Source: a virus
IMG/VR virus record: IMGVR_UViG_3300031718_000001
Coordinates: 64,001-128,000 of that record
Length of the DNA stretch: 64,000 bases
Direction: 5' to 3' (one strand)
Below, one piece after another: positions 22,971-31,607 of this stretch (position 1 is its first letter; each line of letters starts with the position of its first letter). The position numbers and the translations under genes were made by a program. The notes under the pieces were generated by a model, which worked only from the letters and a program-made list of their open reading frames with translations, made no database searches and was not told the DNA's origin.

Positions 22971-23299
22971 ATCTCCTGGCCAGAGGGGGGTGACGGCGGC
23001 CAGCTTTCCCGCTTGCGGGCCGCCGTACCCGTTCGGGGAGAAGTTAGCAAGAAAAGTTGTAATAAAACCATTGCCGGCCCGCCAGGGGACTGCTACCTTG
23101 GAAGACATGACGACCCGATTCAGCGCATCAGCGGACTACCAGCCGAGGAGCTGGCAGCCGATGGTGCATGCGACCACCTGCTCGCTGCCCGAGGCCGGGA
23201 AGCGCCGGAGGCTGCCTGGGTAAGGACCCCACAGGACCTGATCCAGGAGCCGCCAGCGGAGACCCGCAGGCGGCTCTTTCGTTTCCCACAACTGCACAT

Positions 23300-23376
23300 A
23301 GGGGCGTAGCTCAGTTTGGTAGAGCCCCGGTCTCCAAAACCGGGTGTCCGCGCGGGTTCGAGCCCTGCCGCCCCTG
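23300..23376 (+). tRNA. tRNA-Trp(CCA)
   Basis: Cloverleaf; loop CTCCAAA. Confidence 0.85.
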
Positions 23377-23608
23377 CGACCGCCGGCCGAGCGAGAGCGA
23401 CGCGGGCGCATGTCAACTGGATCTTGTCAACTCAACAGCGGAACACAGCGGCGGGCGCCATCCCGCCGCGCGACGTGGCGGAAGATACCCGAGCTACACC
23501 GGGGGTTAAGGGAGTACCCGGCGCCACGTCTGTTTGACTCGGGGCGGCCTGGACGGAAGCTGATAAGGCATGCCGGGCAACCGGACGCCAGGCCGCCCTG
23601 TCAAGACT

Positions 23609-23647
23609 TTTTGCGCAGGATGCAAGAGGTTTGCATCCTGCGCAAAA
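23609..23647. repeat. Perfect 17-bp inverted repeat
   Basis: TTTTGCGCAGGATGCAA-gaggt-TTGCATCCTGCGCAAAA. Confidence 0.8.
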
Positions 23648-23717
23648 TGACCGGGGCCGTCGATTATGTCCCGGGTATGCAGGCAGTAAAAGAAGCGGAT
23701 ACAACAACTGCCTGCTC

Positions 23718-23791
23718 GGGGCCTTAGCTCAGTCGGTACGAGCGCTTGCGTGGCACGCAAGAGGTCACGGGTTCGAGGCCCGTAGGCTCCA
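23718..23791 (+). tRNA. tRNA-Ala(GGC)
   Basis: Cloverleaf; G3:U70; loop GTGGCAC. Confidence 0.85.
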
Positions 23792-23931
23792 CAGGGCATC
23801 CGTCCGGCCGGGCGGTGCCTGAATATGGGCAGGATGGGCCGCGTTCAGGCGGCCTGGCGGAAACGGCAGCAGGGCGTGCTGGACAACGCACTGCTCCGGA
23901 CATCCTGGGGCCGGAGGGTACCTGGCACAGC

Positions 23932-24004
23932 GGGGCTATGGCGCAGTTGGTAGCGCGCTTCCTTCGCAACGAAGAGGCCGCCGGTTCGATCCCGGCTAGC
24001 TCCA
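23932..24004 (+). tRNA. tRNA-Ala(CGC)
   Basis: Cloverleaf; G3:U70; loop TTCGCAA. Confidence 0.85.
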
Positions 24005-24134
24005 CGTGGTGAGCCGTGGCACGGCATCCGACGGGGTTGATCGCCCCGCGCAGGCTGATCACCTGCGTCAGCAAGGTAACCGGCATATCCGGGCGCGAAT
24101 CCCAGCGCCCCGGCCGGAGCAACTCACCACTCCA

Positions 24135-24208
24135 CGGGACGTAGCGCAGTCTGGCAGCGCGCCTGCCTTGGGCGCAGGAGGTCGCCGGTTCGGATCCGGC
24201 CGTCCCGA
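24135..24208 (+). tRNA. tRNA-Pro(UGG)
   Basis: Cloverleaf; loop CTTGGGC. Confidence 0.85.
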
Positions 24209-24268
24209 CAGCGCCCCGGGGTACGGTGATTACTTGTGCGTCCGCCAGGCGATCACGGAGTGTTCGGG

Positions 24269-25564
24269 ATGTCATCAGTTCTCAGGTCAGTCACGGGCTG
24301 GAAGGATCTCTGCCACCCGGGTAAGCGCCGTCTACAGCCCCAGGACCGGTCAATGGCCGGGCCGCTGGTGGCCGCGCCCTTCGAGCTTTCGGAGTTCCCT
24401 CCGGTCCCTGAATCGAGCCAGCTTCCCCCGCTCAACCCGGACCTGATCACCGGCTCCCTGGGCAGCATGACTGCCGGCCCTCAGACGTGCGCCGGAGACT
24501 TCTACGGCTACCTGTTCGCCGCCCAGCCGGGCCTGCGGGGGATGTTCCCGCCGCAGATGTCCGTGCAGAACGAGCGGCTGTTCGGCGCGCTCGTACGGAT
24601 TGTGAGCCTGCTAGATAAGCCGTACCTGCTGGCGGGCTACCTCGCCCAGCTCGGCGCCGACCACCGGAAATACGGCGTCTCCCCCGAGCACTACATGCCG
24701 GTGGGCGACGCGCTCATCCGGGCGCTGCGCCGCCACTGCAAGACATGGGACGAGTCCACCGAGCGCGCCTGGATGACGGCCTACTCCATGGCCGCGGACA
24801 TGATGATCACCGGGGCCGAGGCCCAGACCGGGCCGGCCGCCTGGCGCTGCCAGGTCGTCAAGCACGAGCGCCGCACCCACGACCTGGCCGTCGTCACGGT
24901 ACGGCCTGATCAGCCGCTGCCCTACGAGGCCGGCCAGTACGTGACGGTGCAGACCCCGCGCTGGCCCCAGGTCTGGCGGCACTTCTCGGTCGCCAACGCC
25001 CCGGCCGCTGACGGGCTGATCGACCTGCACATCCGGGCCGTGCCGGCCGGGTGGGTGAGCAATACCCTGGTCTCGCTGACCTCGCCGGGCGACGAGATCC
25101 TGCTCGGCCCGGCTGCCGGGGAGATGACGGCAGGCCACGCGAACGGCAGCGACCTGGTGTGCGTCGCGGGCGGCACGGGCCTGGCCCCGCTCCGGGCGAT
25201 TGTCGAAGATGTGCTGCGCAGCGATGAGGAGAACGTCGCGGCGGGCACGGGCGTGCGGCGCAACATCAGCCTGTTCCACGGCGCTCGCGATCCCCTCGGC
25301 TTCTACGACATGCCTCACCTTCGCGAGCTGTCCTCGTTCTACCCGTGGTTCCAGGTGGTGCCGGTTATCTCCGGCGATCACGATTTCGGCGGTCTCCGGG
25401 GCAATGTGGCTGAAATAGCCGTAAAGCATGGCGATTGGAGCGAACGGCATGCATTCATCTCGGGGCCGGAGGGAATGGTCCGGGATGCCGTTCTCGGCTT
25501 CCAGGCGGCTGAGGTGCCTGATGCACAGGTGCATTACGACGGCATCGAGGTGGGAGATGCATGA
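24269..25564 (+). CDS. hmp: Flavohaemoglobin-like protein (globin + FAD/NAD(P)H reductase)
   Basis: Globin FYGYLF (TyrB10), QNERL (GlnE7), DHRKYGV (HisF8); GQYV..RHFSVAN; VAGGTGLAPL; FISGPEGMV. Start 24269 or 24353. Confidence 0.85.
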   Translation: MSSVLRSVTGWKDLCHPGKRRLQPQDRSMAGPLVAAPFELSEFPPVPESSQLPPLNPDLITGSLGSMTAGPQTCAGDFYGYLFAAQPGLRGMFPPQMSVQNERLFGALVRIVSLLDKPYLLAGYLAQLGADHRKYGVSPEHYMPVGDALIRALRRHCKTWDESTERAWMTAYSMAADMMITGAEAQTGPAAWRCQVVKHERRTHDLAVVTVRPDQPLPYEAGQYVTVQTPRWPQVWRHFSVANAPAADGLIDLHIRAVPAGWVSNTLVSLTSPGDEILLGPAAGEMTAGHANGSDLVCVAGGTGLAPLRAIVEDVLRSDEENVAAGTGVRRNISLFHGARDPLGFYDMPHLRELSSFYPWFQVVPVISGDHDFGGLRGNVAEIAVKHGDWSERHAFISGPEGMVRDAVLGFQAAEVPDAQVHYDGIEVGDA

Positions 25565-26691
25565 CTCTGCGCGTGTTTCCCAGGCGCGTCCCGCAGGCTG
25601 GCGCGGCCGTGCTGGCCGAGGCCGAGATGTTCCTGGCTGAGTTCTACGCCGCCTGTCCTGCACCCGGTGAGGCATCCGCGCGGATGGCCCAGGTCCGCGA
25701 GTCCGTGCTCGCCACCGGCACCTACGAGCACACGCCGGAGGAGCTGGAGTACGCCGCCAGGATCGCCTGGCGGAACGCGGCCAGGTGCTCGGGGCGGGAC
25801 AAGTGGCGGACCCTGCGAGTGCGCGACTGCCGGACGGTATCGGACCCCAAGCAGGTCGCCGACGAGACCGTCGCCCACCTGCGCACTGCCACCAGCCACG
25901 GCCGGGTGCGATCCTGGATCACGGTGTTCGCCCCGGACAGGCCCGGTAATCCCGGCCCGCGGATCATCAACGGGCAGGCCGTCCGGTACGCCGGCTACCG
26001 CCAGCCGGACGGCGTGACCGGGGATCCGGTCAACGTGGCCCTGACCGACCTGGCGGTCAGTCTCGGCTGGCGGGGCCGCGGCGGGCGGTTCGACGTGCTG
26101 CCCCTCATAACTATGGACGGCAGCGGGGAGCTGTGCTGGTCGGACGTGCCGCCCGATGCGGTGCTGGAGGTCCCGATCAGCCACCCGGACTTCCGGTGGT
26201 TCAGCAAGCTCGGGCTGCGCTGGTACGCCATTCCGGTGATCACCGACATGTACCTGGAAGCCGGCGGCATACGCTATCCGTGCGCGCCGTTCAACGGCTG
26301 GTACCAGGCGAGCACAGAGGTCGGAGTCCGGAACCTCGGCGACGAGACCCGCTACAACGTCCTCCCCGATGTGGCCAGGGGCATGAAGCTGGACATGTCA
26401 TCGCCGAGCACGTTCTGGATGGACCGGGCCGCGGTCGAGCTGGCCGTGGCCGTCCATCACAGCTACCGCCGGGCCGGCGTAGTGGTCACCGACCACCAGG
26501 CCGAGACACGCAGGTTCGCCCACTGGGCTGCCCGGGAGGGCGAGGCCGGGCGCGAGGTGCCGGCGGACTGGGCGTGGATCGTCCCGCCAGTCAGCGGCAG
26601 CACGACCCCCGTGTTCCACCAGGAGTATCAGGCCGCGGTGCTGAAGCCCGGCTACTTCAGGCACGAGGATGGCCCGCTGATCAGCGGGTGA
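25561..26691 (+). CDS. nos: Nitric oxide synthase oxygenase
   Basis: AWRNAARCSGR (haem Cys), RYAGY, FDVLPL, LRWYAIP, PFNGWY..TEVG (substrate Glu), DH, ADWAWIVPP..TPVFH; ATGA overlap with hmp. Confidence 0.93.
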   Translation: MTLRVFPRRVPQAGAAVLAEAEMFLAEFYAACPAPGEASARMAQVRESVLATGTYEHTPEELEYAARIAWRNAARCSGRDKWRTLRVRDCRTVSDPKQVADETVAHLRTATSHGRVRSWITVFAPDRPGNPGPRIINGQAVRYAGYRQPDGVTGDPVNVALTDLAVSLGWRGRGGRFDVLPLITMDGSGELCWSDVPPDAVLEVPISHPDFRWFSKLGLRWYAIPVITDMYLEAGGIRYPCAPFNGWYQASTEVGVRNLGDETRYNVLPDVARGMKLDMSSPSTFWMDRAAVELAVAVHHSYRRAGVVVTDHQAETRRFAHWAAREGEAGREVPADWAWIVPPVSGSTTPVFHQEYQAAVLKPGYFRHEDGPLISG

Positions 26692-26765
26692 CGGGACATG
26701 GCGCAGTCCGGCAGCGCGCGTGCTCGGGGAGCACGAGGTCGTCAGTTCAAATCTGGCTGTCCCGA
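26692..26765 (+). tRNA. tRNA-Pro(GGG)
   Basis: Cloverleaf starting right after the nos stop; loop TCGGGGA (C33). Confidence 0.8.
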
Positions 26766-27110
26766 CGGAGCCGGATGTACACCGGCTTGCTGGAGCCCGG
26801 CCTTGCTAACCGGGTGCGGTGCTGAGTGTTAGCAGCACGGTGATCCGGCTGGGCGGCAGCGCCGTCCGATGGTGATCCAGGGACGATGCGAGGTCGTCGG
26901 CACCACTGACTGAGGTTCGGTACACGGCTGCGGGTAGAGGGCAGAAGGCGCTGCCACCCCTCGCAAGGGGGAGACTCCCGTTCGATTCGAGGATCGCCGC
27001 AGACGCAGTGGCCGCGTTTCCCTAGCAAGCGGAGGCGAAAACCGCAGGACGGCAGAAGCTTGCAGGTGGCCAGGGTGGTATAGCCGCGCGGCACTACCCT
27101 GGCGCCGATT

Positions 27111-27184
27111 CGGGCTGTAGCGCAGCTTGGCAGCGCGCCGCGTTCGGGACGCGGAGGCCGCCGGTTCAACTCCGGCCAGCCCGA
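27111..27184 (+). tRNA. tRNA-Pro(CGG)
   Basis: Cloverleaf; loop TTCGGGA. Confidence 0.88.
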
Positions 27185-27223
27185 CCTAAGATCTGAGACA
27201 GACTGCTGGCGGAGGGAAGCGCG

Positions 27224-27430
27224 ATGTGGCTGTTCGAGGCCCTGACGGTCCTGGTGGCGGGCGGGGCAGTGAGCCTGTACCTGCTCCTGCTGTTCTGGGG
27301 CGTTGTCATTTTCGGCATGCGGGCGCGCGAGATTCCTGCCCTGGCCTGGAGCATGGTCGCCGGCTGGGAGCAGCAGAACCGGCTCAAGGCCATCCTGGCA
27401 GCCAGGAAAGGTACGAACGCGGTCAGGTAG
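27224..27430 (+). CDS. Small membrane protein
   Basis: GGAGGG RBS; hydrophobic N-half; stop falls inside tRNA-Phe. Confidence 0.5.
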   Translation: MWLFEALTVLVAGGAVSLYLLLLFWGVVIFGMRAREIPALAWSMVAGWEQQNRLKAILAARKGTNAVR

Positions 27431-27494
27431 CTCAGTCGGTACGAGCGCCTGCCTGAAAAGCAGGAGGTCGCCGGTTCGATGCCGGCCCTGACCA
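27421..27494 (+). tRNA. tRNA-Phe(GAA)
   Basis: Cloverleaf; loop CTGAAAA. Confidence 0.88.
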
Positions 27495-27499
27495 CGAGA

Positions 27500-27825
27500 T
27501 CGGCGATCGACGGTCTTTGGCCCCCGCGGTAAGCGCATCGGGGGGTAGAGCGGCGGCAGGTTTGCGGCCGGGTGATGAGCCTGGCCTGACCCTTCGATGG
27601 GAGCGCTGCGCGATGGGGCTTCATGAGGCCCCGTAAGTCAGGTAGCGAAGCGGTGTGACTCCGTACTGGGCGCGGCCGAGGCGTGCACGCTGAATCCGTG
27701 AGGGTCCGACTCCCGGCGAATGGCCAGCTACCTGGCGTAGGTCCCTGGGGAAGGTAACGACGCCCCTGTGAGCCGGGCCGCAAGCCCGGCAACAGCAGGC
27801 TCCGGCTCGACCAAGCCAGGGACCG
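27500..27825 (+). ncRNA. Candidate multi-helix ncRNA of unknown class
   Basis: Helices 27637-27646/27727-27736 and 27740-27748/27816-27824 plus local hairpins; no credible ORF. Confidence 0.4.
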
Positions 27826-27829
27826 CCCT

Positions 27830-27900
27830 GCGGGCGTGGCTCAATGGCAGAGCACCAGCCTTCCAAGCTGGCCACGCGGGTCCGATTCCCGTCGCCCGCT
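27830..27900 (+). tRNA. tRNA-Gly(UCC)
   Basis: Cloverleaf; loop CTTCCAA; T-loop TCCGATT. Confidence 0.85.
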
Positions 27901-27914
27901 CGTATAGTCGGAGC

Positions 27915-28109
27915 ATGATGCTCCGCCAGGTAAGGCTCCGGTCAGGCAGCACCGAGCTGACCTGCTGGATGGAATCCCGGGTCAGGATGGGAGATGTCAT
28001 CACGCTGAAGAACAGCGATTCCCCGGGGGTTCTCTGGTCCGTCGAATGGGCCGGCAGCCAGCTTCGCGAGCCCCTGTCGATCAACAGGGGCTGGAGCAAT
28101 AACATCTAG
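27915..28109 (+). CDS. Small hypothetical protein
   Basis: ATG 6 nt after TATAGT; plausible composition. Confidence 0.45.
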   Translation: MMLRQVRLRSGSTELTCWMESRVRMGDVITLKNSDSPGVLWSVEWAGSQLREPLSINRGWSNNI

Positions 28110-28150
28110 CACGCGCGCCGCTAGCTCAGAGCAGTGGTATCCTTAAACAC

Positions 28151-28585
28151 GTGCCAAGAGACCGTGAGCTGTACAACGCTTACATGGCGTCGTACATGAA
28201 GAGCTGGTACGACCGCAGGCATGCCGAGGCTGTGGCGGCTCTGGGCGGGCACTGTGCACATCCTGGTTGTTATGAGGTCGATGACCTTCAGTTTGACCAC
28301 ATCGACCCGCAAACAAAGACCATGACGATCGCTAGGATGTGGACTGCCTCAGAGGAGCGGTTCCAGACAGAACTGAAGAAGTGCCAACTCCTTTGCTGGC
28401 CGCATCACCTGGAGAAGACGCTCGCAGAGAAGAACCAGCGCTCTGCGCGCGGAACGCACGGTACGGTGACCGCTTACCGCTACTGCGGACCTCCAAAGTG
28501 TGAGGCGTGCAGGGCCGCCAAGCGTTCCGCGCCCAGCTACAAGGCACGCGCCGCTAACTCAACTGGTAGAGAGCCGCACTCTTAA
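28151..28585 (+). CDS. HNH endonuclease overlapping tRNA-Lys
   Basis: CAHPGC..LQFDHIDP..ELKKCQLLCWPHH..KT; lower GC. Confidence 0.85.
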   Translation: MPRDRELYNAYMASYMKSWYDRRHAEAVAALGGHCAHPGCYEVDDLQFDHIDPQTKTMTIARMWTASEERFQTELKKCQLLCWPHHLEKTLAEKNQRSARGTHGTVTAYRYCGPPKCEACRAAKRSAPSYKARAANSTGREPHS

Positions 28586-28620
28586 TGCGGAAGTTCGGGG
28601 TTCAAGTCCCTGGCGGCGCA
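28548..28620 (+). tRNA. tRNA-Lys(CUU)
   Basis: Cloverleaf; loop CTCTTAA; A10:A25 mismatch; its 5' end is duplicated at 28115-28128. Confidence 0.78.
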
Positions 28621-28629
28621 CGCAAGTCG

Positions 28630-28657
28630 TTGTCATTAGCAGGAAAAGCTGTATTAT
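28630..28657 (+). promoter_or_regulatory. sigA-like promoter containing TAGCAGGAAAAG
   Basis: TTGTCA-16 nt-TATTAT. Confidence 0.55.
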
Positions 28658-28663
28658 GGAGTC

Positions 28664-28768
28664 ATCCCGGTTCCGCAGGGACAGAACGAAAGCTAGCGCC
28701 TCGCTCCCGGCAAGAGCGTTATAGGGCCTCCGCTTGCGGAGGTGGCGTTTCCCCTGCGGTGCCAGGAT
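28664..28768 (+). ncRNA. Candidate ~105-nt structured RNA
   Basis: Starts 6 nt after the -10; ATCCCGG..CCGCAGGG pairs with CCCTGCGG..CCAGGAT; two inner hairpins. Confidence 0.4.
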
Positions 28769-28775
28769 CTCCGGC

Positions 28776-28857
28776 GGGCGAGTGGCGGAATGCAGACGCG
28801 CCGGCCTCAAAAGCCGGTGTCCGCGAGGACGTGAGGGCGCGAATCCCTCCTTGCCCA
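28776..28857 (+). tRNA. tRNA-Leu(CAA)
   Basis: Long variable arm; loop CTCAAAA; T-loop CGCGAAT. Confidence 0.8.
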
Positions 28858-29022
28858 CAAGCGCCGACGGCGAGCGCCGAGCAGACCAGGACGGGCAGCC
28901 CCCGTCCCAGGTGCCGGCGCGGGGCGCGGTATCAAGTACCGGATCGTCCGTCCGGGTGGCGCCCGGAGGAGGAGGGGACTACGCAGACCCGACCTGTCCT
29001 GAGTGGATCGGGCCGCGTGCCA

Positions 29023-29094
29023 TGGGGTATTGGGTAATTGGCAGCCCGCAAGGTTCTGGACCTTGTCGTCCTGGTCCGAGTCCAGGTACCCCAG
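29023..29094 (+). tRNA. tRNA-Gln(CUG)
   Basis: U1:A72; loop TTCTGGA. Confidence 0.85.
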
Positions 29095-29168
29095 CATGGC
29101 CGCGCTCTGCTTGCGGCCGAGGTCCCAGCCTCGGTTCTGGGCACAGGCGGAGACGGCCGCAGTACCAG

Positions 29169-29242
29169 GCCCCGATAGCTCAGTCGGCCAGAGCGTCCCA
29201 CTCGTAATGGGAAGGTCGCCGGTTCGATGCCGGCCCGGGGCT
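29169..29242 (+). tRNA. tRNA-Thr(CGU)
   Basis: Cloverleaf; loop CTCGTAA. Confidence 0.85.
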
Positions 29243-29375
29243 CGTGTGGACAGCTCGTATCGAGGAGTGCCCGGTCTGCCATAAGGGCGTGGCCGTACGG
29301 CCGCTGACCGGCCGGCTCTGGCGGCACGGCCAGGAGACATGCTGCCCTGGCAGCGATAAGACAGCAGGAGAACTG

Positions 29376-29460
29376 GTCCGAATGGCGGAAATGGCAGACG
29401 CGCCAGCTTGAGGTGCTGGTGCCCGCGCAGGGCGTCCGGGTCCGAATCCCGGTTCGGACA
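29376..29460 (+). tRNA. tRNA-Leu(GAG)
   Basis: Long variable arm; loop TTGAGGT. Confidence 0.85.
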
Positions 29461-29557
29461 CGGTGAGGAGATCCAGGACTGGCGCTCCTGGCCGGTCCCC
29501 GGGGCCGGTAGCTCAAGATGCCGGCCGCCCGGGTGGCCAGAGCGCCTCACATGACTT

Positions 29558-29630
29558 GCCGGTCTAGCTCAGTTGGCAGAGCGCCCGTCTTGTAAACGGG
29601 AGGTGATCGGTTCGAGGCCGTTGACCGGCT
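29558..29630 (+). tRNA. tRNA-Thr(UGU)
   Basis: Cloverleaf; loop CTTGTAA. Confidence 0.85.
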
Positions 29631-29719
29631 CTCGTTCCGGGGTGGGTTGACGGTATCCCGGCCGGGTTTTGGCCCCGGCGCACGCTGGTCCGACTCCAGC
29701 TCCCGGAGCACAGTGACTT

Positions 29720-29793
29720 GCCTCCATAGCTCAGTTGGAACGAGCGCGCCCCCGGTACGGGCGAGGTCACCGGTTCGGCTCCGGTTGGAGGCT
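29720..29793 (+). tRNA. tRNA-Thr(GGU)
   Basis: Cloverleaf; loop CCGGTAC (C33). Confidence 0.8.
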
Positions 29794-29806
29794 CGCAGTA
29801 AAGCAC

Positions 29807-29879
29807 GCGGACGTAGCTCAGTTGGTAGAGCGCTACCTTGCCAAGGTAGGGGTCGCGGGTCCGAAGCCCGTCGTCCGCT
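29807..29879 (+). tRNA. tRNA-Gly(GCC)
   Basis: Cloverleaf; loop TTGCCAA. Confidence 0.87.
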
Positions 29880-29961
29880 CTGAGATCACGACCCGAGATA
29901 ACTGGTGCCGGGACGGAACTCCATGCCAATACCTAATCCGTTTAGCGGCGTGATCTCTTGA

Positions 29962-30047
29962 GTCCGGGTGGTGGAATAGGCAGACACGCACGGTTCAGGC
30001 CCGTGTGTCCCTCGCGGGACATGAGAGTTCAACTCTCTCCTCGGACA
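29962..30047 (+). tRNA. tRNA-Leu(CAG)
   Basis: Long variable arm; loop TTCAGGC. Confidence 0.87.
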
Positions 30048-30051
30048 CGTT

Positions 30052-30138
30052 GGAGCGGTCGCCTAGTCAGGCCTAGGGCGCGTAACTGCTAATTACGTAG
30101 GGGTAACACCCTCGCGGGTCCGAATCCCGCCCGCTCCG
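30052..30138 (+). tRNA. tRNA-Ser(GCU)
   Basis: Long variable arm; loop CTGCTAA. Confidence 0.85.
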
Positions 30139-30142
30139 CTCT

Positions 30143-30229
30143 GGGAGGTTCGCCTAGTGGCCTATGGCGCCCGGCCGGAAACCGGGTTGGGAGTAACGCC
30201 CCTCGCGGGTCCGAATCCCGCACCTTCCG
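30143..30229 (+). tRNA. tRNA-Ser(GGA)
   Basis: Long variable arm; loop CCGGAAA (C33). Confidence 0.82.
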
Positions 30230-30230
30230 C

Positions 30231-30425
30231 TCAGATCTCGATCCGGATCATCTGCTCCGGCAGCGGCCGGTGCACCACGGCGTCGATCTCGGCCGCGAAC
30301 TCATCCGGCAGTCCATCCACCCGGTACAGCGAGCGTTTCATGAACATGGCCACGTAGTTGGCTGCTTCCTCGGGCCGGGCCAGGCCGCGCATCCTGACCG
30401 TCACCGTCACCTCGGGATCGTCCAT
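30231..30425 (-). CDS. Small hypothetical protein
   Basis: Fills the gap between two tRNA-Ser genes; plausible composition. Confidence 0.45.
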   Translation of the reverse strand: MDDPEVTVTVRMRGLARPEEAANYVAMFMKRSLYRVDGLPDEFAAEIDAVVHRPLPEQMIRIEI

Positions 30426-30453
30426 GCGGCCAACGTACCGAGAGTCTCCGCCT

Positions 30454-30540
30454 GGTGAGGTCGCCTAGTGGCCTAGGGCAGCCGCCCCGAAAGCGGCCAG
30501 GGTGAAATACCCCTCGTGGGTCCGAATCCCACCCTCACCG
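30454..30540 (+). tRNA. tRNA-Ser(CGA)
   Basis: Long variable arm; loop CCCGAAA (C33). Confidence 0.82.
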
Positions 30541-30549
30541 CTCTGGCAA

Positions 30550-30632
30550 GGCAGGATCGCCTAGCGGCCTAGGGCGCTCGTCCTGAAAACGAGTAGGGGC
30601 AACCCTCGTGGGTCCGAATCCCACTCCTGCCG
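30550..30632 (+). tRNA. tRNA-Ser(UGA)
   Basis: Long variable arm; loop CCTGAAA (C33). Confidence 0.82.
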
Positions 30633-30634
30633 CC

Positions 30635-30796
30635 TTAACGGCGCAGCGTGATCGGGTTCCACCCGCCGGTTGCCAGGTGCAGCGCCAGGAAGAACAGGCC
30701 GACGGCGACGACGCCGAGGGCGGAAATGCCCGATACGCCAGCAAAAGCAATGAACGCGGCTATTGCGAACGCGATGGCAGCAAAGATAGCAAGCAT
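30635..30796 (-). CDS. Small two-helix membrane protein
   Basis: MLAIFAAIAFAIAAFIAF..VVAVGLFFLALHL. Confidence 0.55.
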   Translation of the reverse strand: MLAIFAAIAFAIAAFIAFAGVSGISALGVVAVGLFFLALHLATGGWNPITLRR

Positions 30797-30833
30797 GCCA
30801 GGGAGACTGCCCTGGCGATAGTGGTTCAAACGG

Positions 30834-30908
30834 GGGCCTGTAGCTCAGCTCGGTCAGAGCGCTTGCCTGATAAGCAAGAGGTCGCTGGTTCAATTCCAAC
30901 CAGGCCCA
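30834..30908 (+). tRNA. tRNA-Ile(GAU)
   Basis: Cloverleaf; loop CTGATAA. Confidence 0.88.
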
Positions 30909-30909
30909 C

Positions 30910-30983
30910 GGCGGTGTAGCTCAGTTTGGTAGAGCGCCGGACTCATAATCCGATGGTCGCCGGTCCAATTCCGGCCACCGCTA
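30910..30983 (+). tRNA. tRNA-Met(CAU), elongator type
   Basis: GGCGGTG acceptor; loop CTCATAA. Confidence 0.82.
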
Positions 30984-31047
30984 CTCAGTTGCCGCTCAGT
31001 GAGGAGTTAACCGATGGTCAACCTGAAACAGGCCCCGCTTAATGCGC

Positions 31048-31119
31048 GGGCCGCTAGCTCAATGGCAGAGCAGCCGACTTTTAATCGGCAGCGTCGGAGT
31101 TCGACCCTCCGGCGGCCCA
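31048..31119 (+). tRNA. tRNA-Lys(UUU)
   Basis: Cloverleaf; loop CTTTTAA. Confidence 0.87.
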
Positions 31120-31124
31120 CCCCC

Positions 31125-31197
31125 GCTCCGTTAGCTCAGTGGACAGAGCGACTGCCTTCTAAGCAGCAGGTCACGGGTCCGAATCCCCTACGGAGCA
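31125..31197 (+). tRNA. tRNA-Arg(UCU)
   Basis: Cloverleaf with two stem mismatches; loop CTTCTAA. Confidence 0.8.
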
Positions 31198-31288
31198 CAT
31201 GAACGGCCGCGCTTAAAGACGGCCCCGGGCATCTCGCGGCGCGCAGCGAGATCTCTCTCCGGCGGTCGGTCAAGCCGCGCGGATCAGC

Positions 31289-31363
31289 GGTCCTGTCGTC
31301 TAGTCAGGCTCAGGACGCCTGCCTCTCAAGCAGGTAACACCGGTTCAAAGCCGGTCAGGACCA
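31289..31363 (+). tRNA. tRNA-Glu(CUC)
   Basis: Cloverleaf; loop CTCTCAA. Confidence 0.87.
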
Positions 31364-31506
31364 CTAACCGGCCGGGCACTACGGGCACGGCCGCCTAGAA
31401 CCCCTGGACGCTGGCGGACCAGCATGGGGCGCTCAGGCCGTGGTGAACAAAGTCCGTGGCAAACCCAGCCAGCGAGTCCTCTGCCCGCCTGGCCGGTTCT
31501 TTTCAG

Positions 31507-31579
31507 GCCCCCATCGACCAGTGGCCAAGGTCACCGGCCCTTCAAGCCGAGGACGCGGGTCCGAATCCCGCTGGGGGAG
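31507..31579 (+). tRNA. tRNA-Glu(UUC)
   Basis: Cloverleaf; loop CCTTCAA (C33); G1:A72 mismatch. Confidence 0.75.
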
Positions 31580-31607
31580 CGAGGCCAGGTAGCTTATCCT
31601 GGCAGGA

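Noticed and set aside
23013-24268. Many ORFs overlapping tRNA genes across the array
   Set aside because: Composition is non-coding-like and explained by tRNA genes and structured spacers
26924-27001. tRNA-like stretch with GTTCGATTC and a CCCC-TCGCAAG-GGGG hairpin
   Set aside because: Acceptor stem has several mismatches and the D arm is not canonical; not called as a tRNA, though it may be a relic or part of an ncRNA
27749-27815. SRP RNA or riboswitch resemblance
   Set aside because: Lacks the SRP helix-8 CAGG..GGAA..AGCA signature and no riboswitch consensus was recognisable
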